Shown in pieces: positions 50,388 through 58,510 of a stretch of 64,000 nt of DNA. Both the position numbers and the translations under genes were made by a program. The number at the start of each line of letters is the position of its first letter. The stretch's first letter is position 1. The notes below the pieces were generated by a model. It was not told the origin of the DNA and did no database searches. It saw only the letters and a list, made by a program, of their open reading frames with translations. The DNA lies in contig JBCNVI010000005.1 of the NCBI GenBank assembly GCA_039630235.1, positions 37,690 through 101,689 of the forward strand. The letters are read 5' to 3'. The DNA is from Candidatus Hydrothermales bacterium. GTDB lineage: Bacteria; Hydrothermota; Hydrothermia; Hydrothermales; JAJRUZ01.

Positions 50388-52196
50388 ATGATAAATTTTT
50401 TAATAGTGTCGATAATTCTACTAAATGAAGGATTTGAGGGAGGGAGTCTGCCTTACGGATGGAGGGTAGGAAATGGTGGAAGTCCGCTACGCACATGGAG
50501 AATAGCTCAATATGGCGAGTATTTTCCAGTAGAACCTCCACAACAAGGTAATTACTATATTTTATGTGACACAAATTCTATACTGTATCAAGATACCCTA
50601 TTTACTCCTGGAATTGATGTTCCTACCAGTATTGTAAAACTGAAATTATATTACAACATATCTTTTCTTAAGGATACAATTTCTCTTTCAAGAGGTGACA
50701 TATTAATCAGAACAAAGGCACAGGCAGGTTCATGGACCAGTTGGGTACCAGTTAAAATTTACGGGGGTTCTCCAGTTCCAATATTTGTTAATCAGAGAGA
50801 CTCAGTTGACTTACAGAGTTTTATAAATGCAGATAGTATAAAAATTGCCTTTGCCTATTATAGACTAGCTCAAGATACAGGCTTTTTTATGCTTGACTAC
50901 ATCGTTCTTTCAGCTAAACTTGGTAATGATGTCGGTGCAACTAAGATTATATCTCCTCGTGAATATTTTGAGGCAAATGTGCCTACACCTATTACAATAG
51001 AATTTCAAAATTTCTCAAATAATACTCTAAGTTTTTACGTAAAATGTGAGATAAAAGATAGTTTAACTAGAGTAAGAGTATATAGGGATAGTGGTTATGT
51101 TACAGTAGGTCCCCTTAGAAAAGATACAATCCAGTTATCAAACTTCACAGGTCAAGCAGAAAAAACATACTATGTTTTGGGATGGACAAATTATGCTTTA
51201 GACCCTGATCCTACAAACGATACAGTAAAGGCATATTCAAAAACGAAGCCCTTCTTCGGTGCAATAATAAAAGAAATACCTCTTCCTGGTACTTCTACGG
51301 CTTTTCAGGATATAACTTTTAAAACAGGTGATAATTTGATATTTATTGTTAATCAAGAAAAAGACACAGTTTTTTCTATTGACGATAATGGAAATGTAAT
51401 TTCAAAGTACAAACTTCAAGATTTTTCTCAGGGAACTACAATTGATGTTCCTTTTGGTATCTTTTACGACAAAGAGAGTGGAACTTTCTATACTTCACAG
51501 ATTGGTGTACCTCAGGGTGGTGGATCACCAGTTTGGTGTTATTTAGTTCACTATAGTGCAAACTTCAGTTTAATAGATAGCTTCAATACTCAAGGAAAGG
51601 GGCTTGGAGTGAACATCTTTGCTTTATGTGATGCTCAGGGAGAAAATTTGGGCTTTATGCATAGAGCTATTTATCCTGCAAGATATAGAATATATAAGCT
51701 TAACTTTCTCAATGAGGCTAATCCAAAAGTAGATTCTTTAAATCTTACTCAGCCTCTATACTTTTTAGCCGGAGCTTTAGAAGCATTAAATGATACATTA
51801 TTCATCTCATCTGGAATGGGTTTAACAGAGATAAAGCTCTTTACAAAATCAGGAGTAGTTTTAAAAAGTAAGACTTTTGATGGTGATGTAAGAGGTATTG
51901 CTGTAGAAAGGAGAGTTGTAGGTGAATATATAAATGCCTACGTAAACATAGGCGGAACCAAGCTTTATAAGATTTCAACGGGGTTAAAGTGGTCAAGTAA
52001 TATTTTTGAAAAAGAGAAAGTTCTAATTAATAATGTAATTCCAACTCTTGTGGTAGGCCAAGAAAATCTTCTCAAATACAAAATAAAGAAAGGTTTGATT
52101 GACCTATCAGGAAGGAGAGTAAAAACCTCTGGAGTAAGTAAGATACTGTATATTAAAGATGGAGATAAAAAATTTAAAGTTATTTTACTGAGATAA
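50388..52196 (+). CDS. Secreted protein (602 aa) with T9SS-type C-terminal sorting domain
   Basis: N-terminal signal-like segment; C-terminal LIDLSGRRVKTSGVSKILYIKDGDKKFKVILL fits the CTD pattern. Confidence 0.5.
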   Translation: MINFLIVSIILLNEGFEGGSLPYGWRVGNGGSPLRTWRIAQYGEYFPVEPPQQGNYYILCDTNSILYQDTLFTPGIDVPTSIVKLKLYYNISFLKDTISLSRGDILIRTKAQAGSWTSWVPVKIYGGSPVPIFVNQRDSVDLQSFINADSIKIAFAYYRLAQDTGFFMLDYIVLSAKLGNDVGATKIISPREYFEANVPTPITIEFQNFSNNTLSFYVKCEIKDSLTRVRVYRDSGYVTVGPLRKDTIQLSNFTGQAEKTYYVLGWTNYALDPDPTNDTVKAYSKTKPFFGAIIKEIPLPGTSTAFQDITFKTGDNLIFIVNQEKDTVFSIDDNGNVISKYKLQDFSQGTTIDVPFGIFYDKESGTFYTSQIGVPQGGGSPVWCYLVHYSANFSLIDSFNTQGKGLGVNIFALCDAQGENLGFMHRAIYPARYRIYKLNFLNEANPKVDSLNLTQPLYFLAGALEALNDTLFISSGMGLTEIKLFTKSGVVLKSKTFDGDVRGIAVERRVVGEYINAYVNIGGTKLYKISTGLKWSSNIFEKEKVLINNVIPTLVVGQENLLKYKIKKGLIDLSGRRVKTSGVSKILYIKDGDKKFKVILLR

Positions 52197-53154
52197 TTTC
52201 AAAACGGGAAAGGAAATTATTCTTTTGAAGTAAAATAAAGTTAGGATAATTAATCCATTTAGCTTCGATTCCATGCCTATTTAAAATCTCCTTCTTATAA
52301 ACTACTTTATCTTTTATTACTTTTAAGAAAAGTAGTTTTGTGGGAACTAATTCTTCTGAAAGCGACAATAGGACAAAAAGTGTATCTTTTAAAATAAAAG
52401 ATGACGGTTTAATAATTATATGGTAGTCAGAATCAAAGAGAAGGTTTATATTTTCAAGAGAGTCTATAATGTAGACTTTTTCGGGTAAAAGATCTTCATC
52501 TTTATCTGTTAATAAAAACATAAATCCTTTTTCTTTATCCATTTCAAGCACAGGTTCTTTATCAAAAAAAAGCTCTTTTTTACCTTCTTTATTAATTTTA
52601 AAAAGAGCATTTAACTTACCATCTTTTGTGCCATGAAGGAAAAAGATATTTGAATTAAAAACCAGCGGATAAACTCCTGTTGTAACTTCCTTTTTTTCAT
52701 TGTTTTTTGTAATGTAGATTTTTCCTCTAAGATCAAGTATAAAATTATTTTCTAATTTGGAATCATAAAAATCAAACTTATAGAAAAAGGTGTTTTTTCC
52801 GGTAACTTCAAAAACTTTTCTAATCTTTTTTTCACTATAACAAAAAATTTTTTTTAATTTTTTCGTTTTTTTGTCTCCTAAGTAATCATAAAGTGGAAAA
52901 AACAAAATGAAACTGACTCCTTCTCTTTTTAATTTTAACTCTCCAATCCCCTCCTTATAATTAAATAAACTTTGAATTTTACCTTTCTTCTTACGAATGT
53001 CAAAATTAAATAACTTTATTTCCTCAGCAAAATTATTATAATCTTTATCTAAACTATAAAAAAGAAGTAGAGAATCGCTTTTAATTAACGGGAGCCAGCT
53101 CTTAACATAACCCTTTTCTTCTAAGAGTAGTGAAAATATTAAAAAAAGGGGCAT
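52180..53154 (-). CDS. Hypothetical protein (324 aa)
   Basis: Long ORF, Lys-rich, no recognisable motif. Confidence 0.35.
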   Translation of the reverse strand: MPLFLIFSLLLEEKGYVKSWLPLIKSDSLLLFYSLDKDYNNFAEEIKLFNFDIRKKKGKIQSLFNYKEGIGELKLKREGVSFILFFPLYDYLGDKKTKKLKKIFCYSEKKIRKVFEVTGKNTFFYKFDFYDSKLENNFILDLRGKIYITKNNEKKEVTTGVYPLVFNSNIFFLHGTKDGKLNALFKINKEGKKELFFDKEPVLEMDKEKGFMFLLTDKDEDLLPEKVYIIDSLENINLLFDSDYHIIIKPSSFILKDTLFVLLSLSEELVPTKLLFLKVIKDKVVYKKEILNRHGIEAKWINYPNFILLQKNNFLSRFEIISVK

Positions 53155-53159
53155 TTTAT

Positions 53160-53190
53160 AAAAATAAAAAGGGGGGGATTTAACCCCCCT
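53160..53190 (-). terminator. GC-clamp hairpin (7-bp G/C stem, 6-nt loop) followed by a U-run on the reverse strand. Intrinsic-terminator-like; also an instance of the recurrent hairpin motif.
   Basis: Forward strand: gggggggatttaacccccc (53171-53189). The reverse strand reads GGGGGGTTAAATCCCCCCC followed by tttttattttt. It lies between the stop of the 53223..53894 gene and the start of the 52180..53154 gene. Confidence 0.55.
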
Positions 53191-53222
53191 TCTCTAATAT
53201 TTTTTAGTCTATAAAAACTAAA

Positions 53223-53894
53223 TTAAAAACTGTAGGAAGCTGTTAAAACAGGGCTCCATCCGAAACCACCATTTGCAAACTCATGATCTGTCGTAATATT
53301 AATAGTAACTCCTCCTGTTTCGCTTGTCCAGATTACAAAACCTGCATTAAAGGCTACGTGTTTATTATCATCTCCATATTCATAGTTCATCATTAATGTA
53401 TCAAGGATATTGTTAATGTAAACAATGCTCAAAACACCAAGTACATCAGCTCCAGCTAGTGAACCAGAGAAACCAGCATATCCAGCAGCCCCAATGTATC
53501 CACCGTAGCTAATAGCATAAGCTAAATTACCAGCTACCCAAAGGTCAATTTTAGGCTTATACATGAATTTTCCTCTTGCCTTACATCTAACGTTAGAGAG
53601 ATCAACACCTACCAGTTCTTCAATATATCTAATAAGTCTATCACATGGAATAGGGAATTCAAGTCCTCCACCTGAAAGTGCCTTCATTTCATTAATGAAT
53701 TTTTCATCTTTTGCCATAGTCATAATCGCCTTTTCGAAATCAGCCTTGTTTATAGCATAGCCACCCATCTCCTGAATCTCTTGCACAGTAGCAAACCTTA
53801 TACCAGGATCACTACTTGAAGTTACATCACGGGTTTCTTTACAACCACTTAGTACTAACCCAAAGATTATTCCCCCTATTAATAACTTTCTCAT
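53223..53894 (-). CDS. Outer-membrane lipoprotein / beta-barrel-like protein
   Basis: Lipobox LVLSGC; Gly/aromatic-rich C-terminal half ending in a terminal Phe (…LTASYSF), typical of outer-membrane beta-barrel proteins. Confidence 0.5.
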   Translation of the reverse strand: MRKLLIGGIIFGLVLSGCKETRDVTSSSDPGIRFATVQEIQEMGGYAINKADFEKAIMTMAKDEKFINEMKALSGGGLEFPIPCDRLIRYIEELVGVDLSNVRCKARGKFMYKPKIDLWVAGNLAYAISYGGYIGAAGYAGFSGSLAGADVLGVLSIVYINNILDTLMMNYEYGDDNKHVAFNAGFVIWTSETGGVTINITTDHEFANGGFGWSPVLTASYSF

Positions 53895-53960
53895 AAACTT
53901 AACTCCTCCTATTTAATTAATAACACGGGACTTGAACCCTTTTTCATTTTTAAATCTCAT

Positions 53961-56927
53961 TTATTTAATTATAATAATCTTAACCCTTTCCTTTTCAACT
54001 TTATCAACGGGTAAAATGAAATATACTCCCTTTCCATACTTTTTAAGGGTTTTTAACTCTGAACCTGTAAGTTTTCTACCTGTAACATCATAAATATTTA
54101 TTAAAGAGTTATCATCATTTAGTAATTCGTAAGACTTTATGTTTCCTATAAATTTGAATTCAGTATCTTTCTTCATACCAAAAGTATTAAATGTAGACTG
54201 AACGGGAACAAACTCAATAGATGTGTTACTTCTTGGAAGAACATTTCCGCTTCCATAGGCATAAAGATGCGCTATTGCACCATTTGCATCTTCAATTCCA
54301 ACTGCTGTAACATACTCGTCAGTTACACTCTGGTAATTAAATCTTATTGTTCCATTACTATAAAGAATAACCTGAAAAGTTTGTTTGTTATTATTAGAAT
54401 AATTTCTGATTCTATACCATGTAACAGCAAAATAAGAGGGATTTGAAGCGTAAGTTATTTTTGCACCCTGAGTTGTATCAGGTGGATAAAGATCTCTCCA
54501 GTAGGGTGCAATTACAGCATTTGGAGCTGTTGAATTTGGCATCTGTTGAGGAGTATAAGTTGTTGAATTAGATGTAAAGGAAAGCCAGCCGTTACTACAA
54601 ACGTATACTGAATTATAGTTAGAACCAAAGAAAGTAAAATTGAAAGGCAGAGTAAATCTTATCGTTTGATCATCTCCTGTTATTCCTGTAGGTGTAGAAG
54701 TTGTTACCCATGAGTAGCTAACCTGTCTCATGTTGTATCTTGCATTAGCCCCACCTATTCCATGCCTTGCAAAAGCTTGTATTATCTTACTTTCGTTTGC
54801 ACCATTATATAGATCCCTATCTGCTTGGATCATTGCATTTCTTCCAGCTAAGAAATCCTTAGGATAATATGTGTAAGCTCTCCATGTGACTCGATCAGCT
54901 GTTGTCTTATCTGTGTAGGTTCTAAAATCCCATAGCGCTCCGGAATATATTCGAGAGTCATCGTGAACTTCACCTACCCAATGATCAGGATACTTGTAAT
55001 CATTCTGGAGGTTTCTCTGATATTGAGCTGGCATCACCCACTCACCCATAATTGGGTCCCCAAATTGAGTACAGGCCCAGTAATCTGCCCAAGCTTCATT
55101 CATAGCACCAGGCTGATCTCTATATGGTAGTCCACCAGCACTTGCATAAATCTTATCAACAACACCATGATTATACTCATGATAAATCACATCAGCTGAT
55201 CTTGCCATATTCTGTATCTGATAGCTTGGATTACCCCTACCAAAATGCATTGTTCCGTTGTAATAGTAAGCATTAGCACCCTGATAGTTCCTATCTACTG
55301 AATGAGAGTAAACAGTTGCCTGAATCTGATAATCCATTCCTGTAAATCCAAAGTTATTCTTGAAAAAGTCATGAATCTTATTTACGTGATAGAAAACCAT
55401 AACCTCTGTGGTGTGCTTTCCCTCTGTTGTTTCATCAGAAGGATATTTCCATTCCCAGGATACTTCATTTCCGACACTACCCTGCTGAGGAATAAGTCTA
55501 TAAGCGGCATTGTTGGAAGGTGTAGGAACTGTCACTCCAACTGTTCCGCTTTCGTTTTCAATTCCTCTAGTTGTTGTATAATCGTTAGTTATAGACTTAT
55601 ATCTGAATTCAATTATACCATTAGGATATAAAACCACTTGAAAGCTCTGTCTGTTAGCGTTACCGTAATTTTTTATGTTATCCCATGTAACTACAAACTT
55701 ATCTGATCCAGAATAATAGGTAATTGAGCCTCCACCAGCAGCGGGATTAAGGTCTCTCCAGAATGGAGCTATAAGAGCATTAGGAGCATTTGAGTTTGGA
55801 ATTTGAGCAGGAGTATATGCGTTTGAATTGGAAGTAAAACTCATAAATCCATTTGTACATATATATATAGAAGAGTAATTTTTACCATAAAAGGGAAATG
55901 AAAAGGGAAGAGAAAACTGTAATGTTTGATCATCACCTGTTAAACCGGTTGCTGTACTTGTGTTATCCCATGCATAAGTTACACTTTGAACAGTGTAAGT
56001 AACTCCCTGAGAGGTAAAAACAGCTCTTCCAGGTGGATTGTCATCGATAAGAACTTTTACATAGGGACCCTCAAGATAGGCTGTTATGTTCCCTGATGCT
56101 GAACTTGAATAGTATCCACTTGCGTTTGTTGTTGCTGTAGAACTTCCAATATACACATATTGGTTTGCCATAGGATATTTTTGAAGGGCATCTGCTCCAG
56201 TACTTGGAAAACACCAACCGTAAACATAACCTGAAACTGTTTTTAGTTCATTTCTTCTTTCAATTATCAAGCCCTTTATTGCATCAATGTAATAAATAAA
56301 ATCTCCAAGAGGTTCCTCTGAGAAAAACCTTACTTTATAAGTAAGAAGAAGTGAATTCTCATAAGGGTAGTAAACAAGCTCAATTTTTAAATCTTTAGGT
56401 TCACCCCTTAAATTCAAATCTCTGTATATAGTACTTAAAGCTTCTCCCTCTTTAATATTTGGTACTGTAAAGAGGGGAGAACCATCATAGGGGAAGTAGT
56501 AAGAGGAAAGGTAATATATATTTCCTCTTTTATTTACATGGATACCAACAAAGGAATTTTCTACCCTTATACCGTTTATTACTTCTTCAAAAGTTACATG
56601 TGTATAGCCCAGTTCATCCTCTTTAACTTCTAAAAGAGAAAGATTTTTAGGATCTATTCCAAGGAGATAACCTTTTTGACTTAAGAAATTATAGACTTTT
56701 TCTAAAGCATTTTTACCTGGAACAGAAATTTCAAAATTAGAGATTAATCTTGGAAAACCAAAGTCTCCATATAAGATATCAGCCTTTATTCCGAAATCAT
56801 AATAGATATTTTCACTTATAGAAGAGGGAGCATGCTTAGCACAGGGCTTTAGAAGATCTTTGGGAGGTAAATAAATTTTGTTAAAATCCCCGCTGTATAT
56901 AAAGGTAAATATTAAAATTTTAAACAT
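53961..56927 (-). CDS. M36 (fungalysin)-like zinc metalloprotease (988 aa) with N-terminal propeptide-like region, internally duplicated ~80-aa domain, and T9SS-type C-terminal sorting domain
   Basis: HEYNHGV zinc motif (fungalysin HEYTHG-like). Two copies of a ~80-aa module (…TGLTGDDQTLQFSLPFSFPFYGKNYSSIYICTNGFMSFTS… and …TGITGDDQTIRFTLPFNFTFFGSNYNSVYVCSNGWLSFTS…). C-terminal YDVTGRKLTGSELKTLKKYGKGVYFILP. Confidence 0.6.
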   Translation of the reverse strand: MFKILIFTFIYSGDFNKIYLPPKDLLKPCAKHAPSSISENIYYDFGIKADILYGDFGFPRLISNFEISVPGKNALEKVYNFLSQKGYLLGIDPKNLSLLEVKEDELGYTHVTFEEVINGIRVENSFVGIHVNKRGNIYYLSSYYFPYDGSPLFTVPNIKEGEALSTIYRDLNLRGEPKDLKIELVYYPYENSLLLTYKVRFFSEEPLGDFIYYIDAIKGLIIERRNELKTVSGYVYGWCFPSTGADALQKYPMANQYVYIGSSTATTNASGYYSSSASGNITAYLEGPYVKVLIDDNPPGRAVFTSQGVTYTVQSVTYAWDNTSTATGLTGDDQTLQFSLPFSFPFYGKNYSSIYICTNGFMSFTSNSNAYTPAQIPNSNAPNALIAPFWRDLNPAAGGGSITYYSGSDKFVVTWDNIKNYGNANRQSFQVVLYPNGIIEFRYKSITNDYTTTRGIENESGTVGVTVPTPSNNAAYRLIPQQGSVGNEVSWEWKYPSDETTEGKHTTEVMVFYHVNKIHDFFKNNFGFTGMDYQIQATVYSHSVDRNYQGANAYYYNGTMHFGRGNPSYQIQNMARSADVIYHEYNHGVVDKIYASAGGLPYRDQPGAMNEAWADYWACTQFGDPIMGEWVMPAQYQRNLQNDYKYPDHWVGEVHDDSRIYSGALWDFRTYTDKTTADRVTWRAYTYYPKDFLAGRNAMIQADRDLYNGANESKIIQAFARHGIGGANARYNMRQVSYSWVTTSTPTGITGDDQTIRFTLPFNFTFFGSNYNSVYVCSNGWLSFTSNSTTYTPQQMPNSTAPNAVIAPYWRDLYPPDTTQGAKITYASNPSYFAVTWYRIRNYSNNNKQTFQVILYSNGTIRFNYQSVTDEYVTAVGIEDANGAIAHLYAYGSGNVLPRSNTSIEFVPVQSTFNTFGMKKDTEFKFIGNIKSYELLNDDNSLINIYDVTGRKLTGSELKTLKKYGKGVYFILPVDKVEKERVKIIIIK

Positions 56928-56970
56928 CGTTTAAAAAGTAAATAAACCAGAGAATTGAACTCCATAGATC

Positions 56971-57516
56971 TCATTTTATCAAATCTATAAAAATACCAAA
57001 GAAGGTGCCAAAGGCGATAGCCAAAGAATAAGGTATATGTAATTTAAAACTTCTTTCTTTATCATAAAAACAACTTCTCTTTGCATAAAGGGAATTAAGA
57101 AAACCTATAAATCCTTCTTTTCCCTCCCTAACTACTCCCCTTAAAACCACTAGAGTGTTCCCCTTTAAAAAAGAATAAATTAAAGATATTAAAAGTCCTG
57201 CAATTGAAGTTAAAAATATAATTAAAAGGATTGATGGGTAAGCTATCCACGATCCAATCCCTGTAATTAATTTAACATCACCTCCTCCGACACCACCTAA
57301 TTGAAAAAAAATATAAAAAAAAGCAAAAGCTATGAAGGCACCAATTAAAGAGTTTACAAAACCTTCAAATTTGTTAAAAATTAAGTTATAAATAAGACCT
57401 GAAAAGAAAAGAGGAAAAGTTATTTTATTAAAAATTTTTCCAAACCTCAAATCTGTGTAGACAGATATGATGGTTGCTAACCCTACAACTTGAAATTTTA
57501 TAAATTCCTGTATCAT
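56971..57516 (-). CDS. Prepilin peptidase, A24 family (TadV/CpaA-like, no methyltransferase domain)
   Basis: 181 aa, 5 TM helices; first Asp in DLRFGKI and second catalytic motif GGGDVKLITG. Confidence 0.8.
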   Translation of the reverse strand: MIQEFIKFQVVGLATIISVYTDLRFGKIFNKITFPLFFSGLIYNLIFNKFEGFVNSLIGAFIAFAFFYIFFQLGGVGGGDVKLITGIGSWIAYPSILLIIFLTSIAGLLISLIYSFLKGNTLVVLRGVVREGKEGFIGFLNSLYAKRSCFYDKERSFKLHIPYSLAIAFGTFFGIFIDLIK

Positions 57517-57686
57517 TCAGGACCTGCCTGAACAGTCATTAGTTTATATCTCATCCATACAATTACCTTATGAACTTCTCTACCTAGAACCCTATAAGCT
57601 GCAAAGGCAAAAAGGGCTATAAGCCCTATTATCATTGCATACTCTACTGCTGTTGCTCCTTTTTCATTATAAATTAATCTTTTCAT
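57513..57686 (-). CDS. flp: Flp-family type IVb pilin (57 aa, not in the ORF track)
   Basis: Own translation: MKRLIYNEKGATAVEYAMIIGLIALFAFAAYRVLGREVHKVIVWMRYKLMTVQAGPE. Flp motif G-ATAV-EY followed by a hydrophobic helix. The stop overlaps the prepilin peptidase ATG (ATGA). Confidence 0.7.
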   Translation of the reverse strand: MKRLIYNEKGATAVEYAMIIGLIALFAFAAYRVLGREVHKVIVWMRYKLMTVQAGPE

Positions 57687-57692
57687 ACCCTT

Positions 57693-57857
57693 TTACCCTC
57701 CTGCTTTTGTTATTTGAATCCACATATTTTCTATAACTTTGTAAGTAACTCTACTAAGTGCTCTATAAGCTGCGAAAGCATAAAGAGAAATTAAACCTAT
57801 AAGGATTGCGTACTCAACGGCTGATGCACCTTTCTCATCAAATATTAACCCTTTCAT
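57693..57857 (-). CDS. flp: Flp-family type IVb pilin (54 aa; the ORF track extends it to a GTG at 57893)
   Basis: MKGLIFDEKGASAVEYAILIGLISLYAFAAYRALSRVTYKVIENMWIQITKAGG, taken from the ATG at 57855-57857. Confidence 0.7.
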   Translation of the reverse strand: MKGLIFDEKGASAVEYAILIGLISLYAFAAYRALSRVTYKVIENMWIQITKAGG

Positions 57858-58027
57858 TCTGGACCTGGGGTTGCCTCCTGCATCTTTCTCCACATCAAGG
57901 ATATTATTCTTTGAACCTGTTTACCTAAGGCTCTATAGGCTGCAAAGGCAAAAAGAGCTATAAGACCTATAATCATCGCATATTCTACTGCAGTAGCTCC
58001 CCTTTGATCTGTTAAAATTTTTCTCAT
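57854..58027 (-). CDS. flp: Flp-family type IVb pilin (57 aa, not in the ORF track)
   Basis: Own translation: MRKILTDQRGATAVEYAMIIGLIALFAFAAYRALGKQVQRIISLMWRKMQEATPGPE. SD aaggag upstream; ATGA overlap with the next pilin. Confidence 0.7.
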   Translation of the reverse strand: MRKILTDQRGATAVEYAMIIGLIALFAFAAYRALGKQVQRIISLMWRKMQEATPGPE

Positions 58028-58046
58028 ATTTTTACTCCTTCTTAAA

Positions 58047-58220
58047 TTAAGGAGGTCCTGGATATATGTAAAAAAACATATTAGTCATTTCATTTATAAT
58101 CTCTTCAACCTTCTTTGCTAGGTAGGAATAAAAAAGAGAAAGTCCTGTTACCCCCATAATAAACCCGTATTCTACACTTGAACCTCCCCTTTGTTCCCTT
58201 AAAAAATCAGAAAATTTCAT
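58047..58220 (-). CDS. Divergent Flp-like pilin (57 aa, not in the ORF track)
   Basis: Own translation: MKFSDFLREQRGGSSVEYGFIMGVTGLSLFYSYLAKKVEEIINEMTNMFFYIYPGPP. It keeps G-x4-EY and the C-terminal PGP motif but has a divergent helix and no SD. Confidence 0.5.
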   Translation of the reverse strand: MKFSDFLREQRGGSSVEYGFIMGVTGLSLFYSYLAKKVEEIINEMTNMFFYIYPGPP

Positions 58221-58293
58221 TTAAAAAAGAGAGCTGAGGGGTTTGAACCCTTTTTTAGATTTAACATGGGTATATCATTAGGCATATTTCCTT

Positions 58294-58464
58294 TTATTCA
58301 GGACCAGCACTTGCCTGTTGCATTTGTCTCCACATTTCACTAATAATCCTTTGAACCTGTTTACCTAGAGCCCTGTAAGCTGCGAAGGCAAAAAGGGCAA
58401 TAAGCCCAATTATCATTGCATACTCTACTGCTGTTGCTCCTCTTTCACATCTTAAAAGTCTCAT
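58294..58464 (-). CDS. flp: Flp-family type IVb pilin (56 aa, not in the ORF track)
   Basis: Own translation: MRLLRCERGATAVEYAMIIGLIALFAFAAYRALGKQVQRIISEMWRQMQQASAGPE. SD aaggagg upstream. Confidence 0.7.
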   Translation of the reverse strand: MRLLRCERGATAVEYAMIIGLIALFAFAAYRALGKQVQRIISEMWRQMQQASAGPE

Positions 58465-58510
58465 TCTTAAACCTCCTTTTTAATTTTAGGGGACTTGGAC
58501 CCCATAAATT

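Noticed and set aside
53918-53930. T-arm-like motif instances as degenerate tRNA genes or tRNA-derived integration scars
   Set aside because: No acceptor stem, D-arm or anticodon arm can be built around any copy. All copies sit at a fixed short distance upstream of start codons, so they are treated as a regulatory hairpin family instead.
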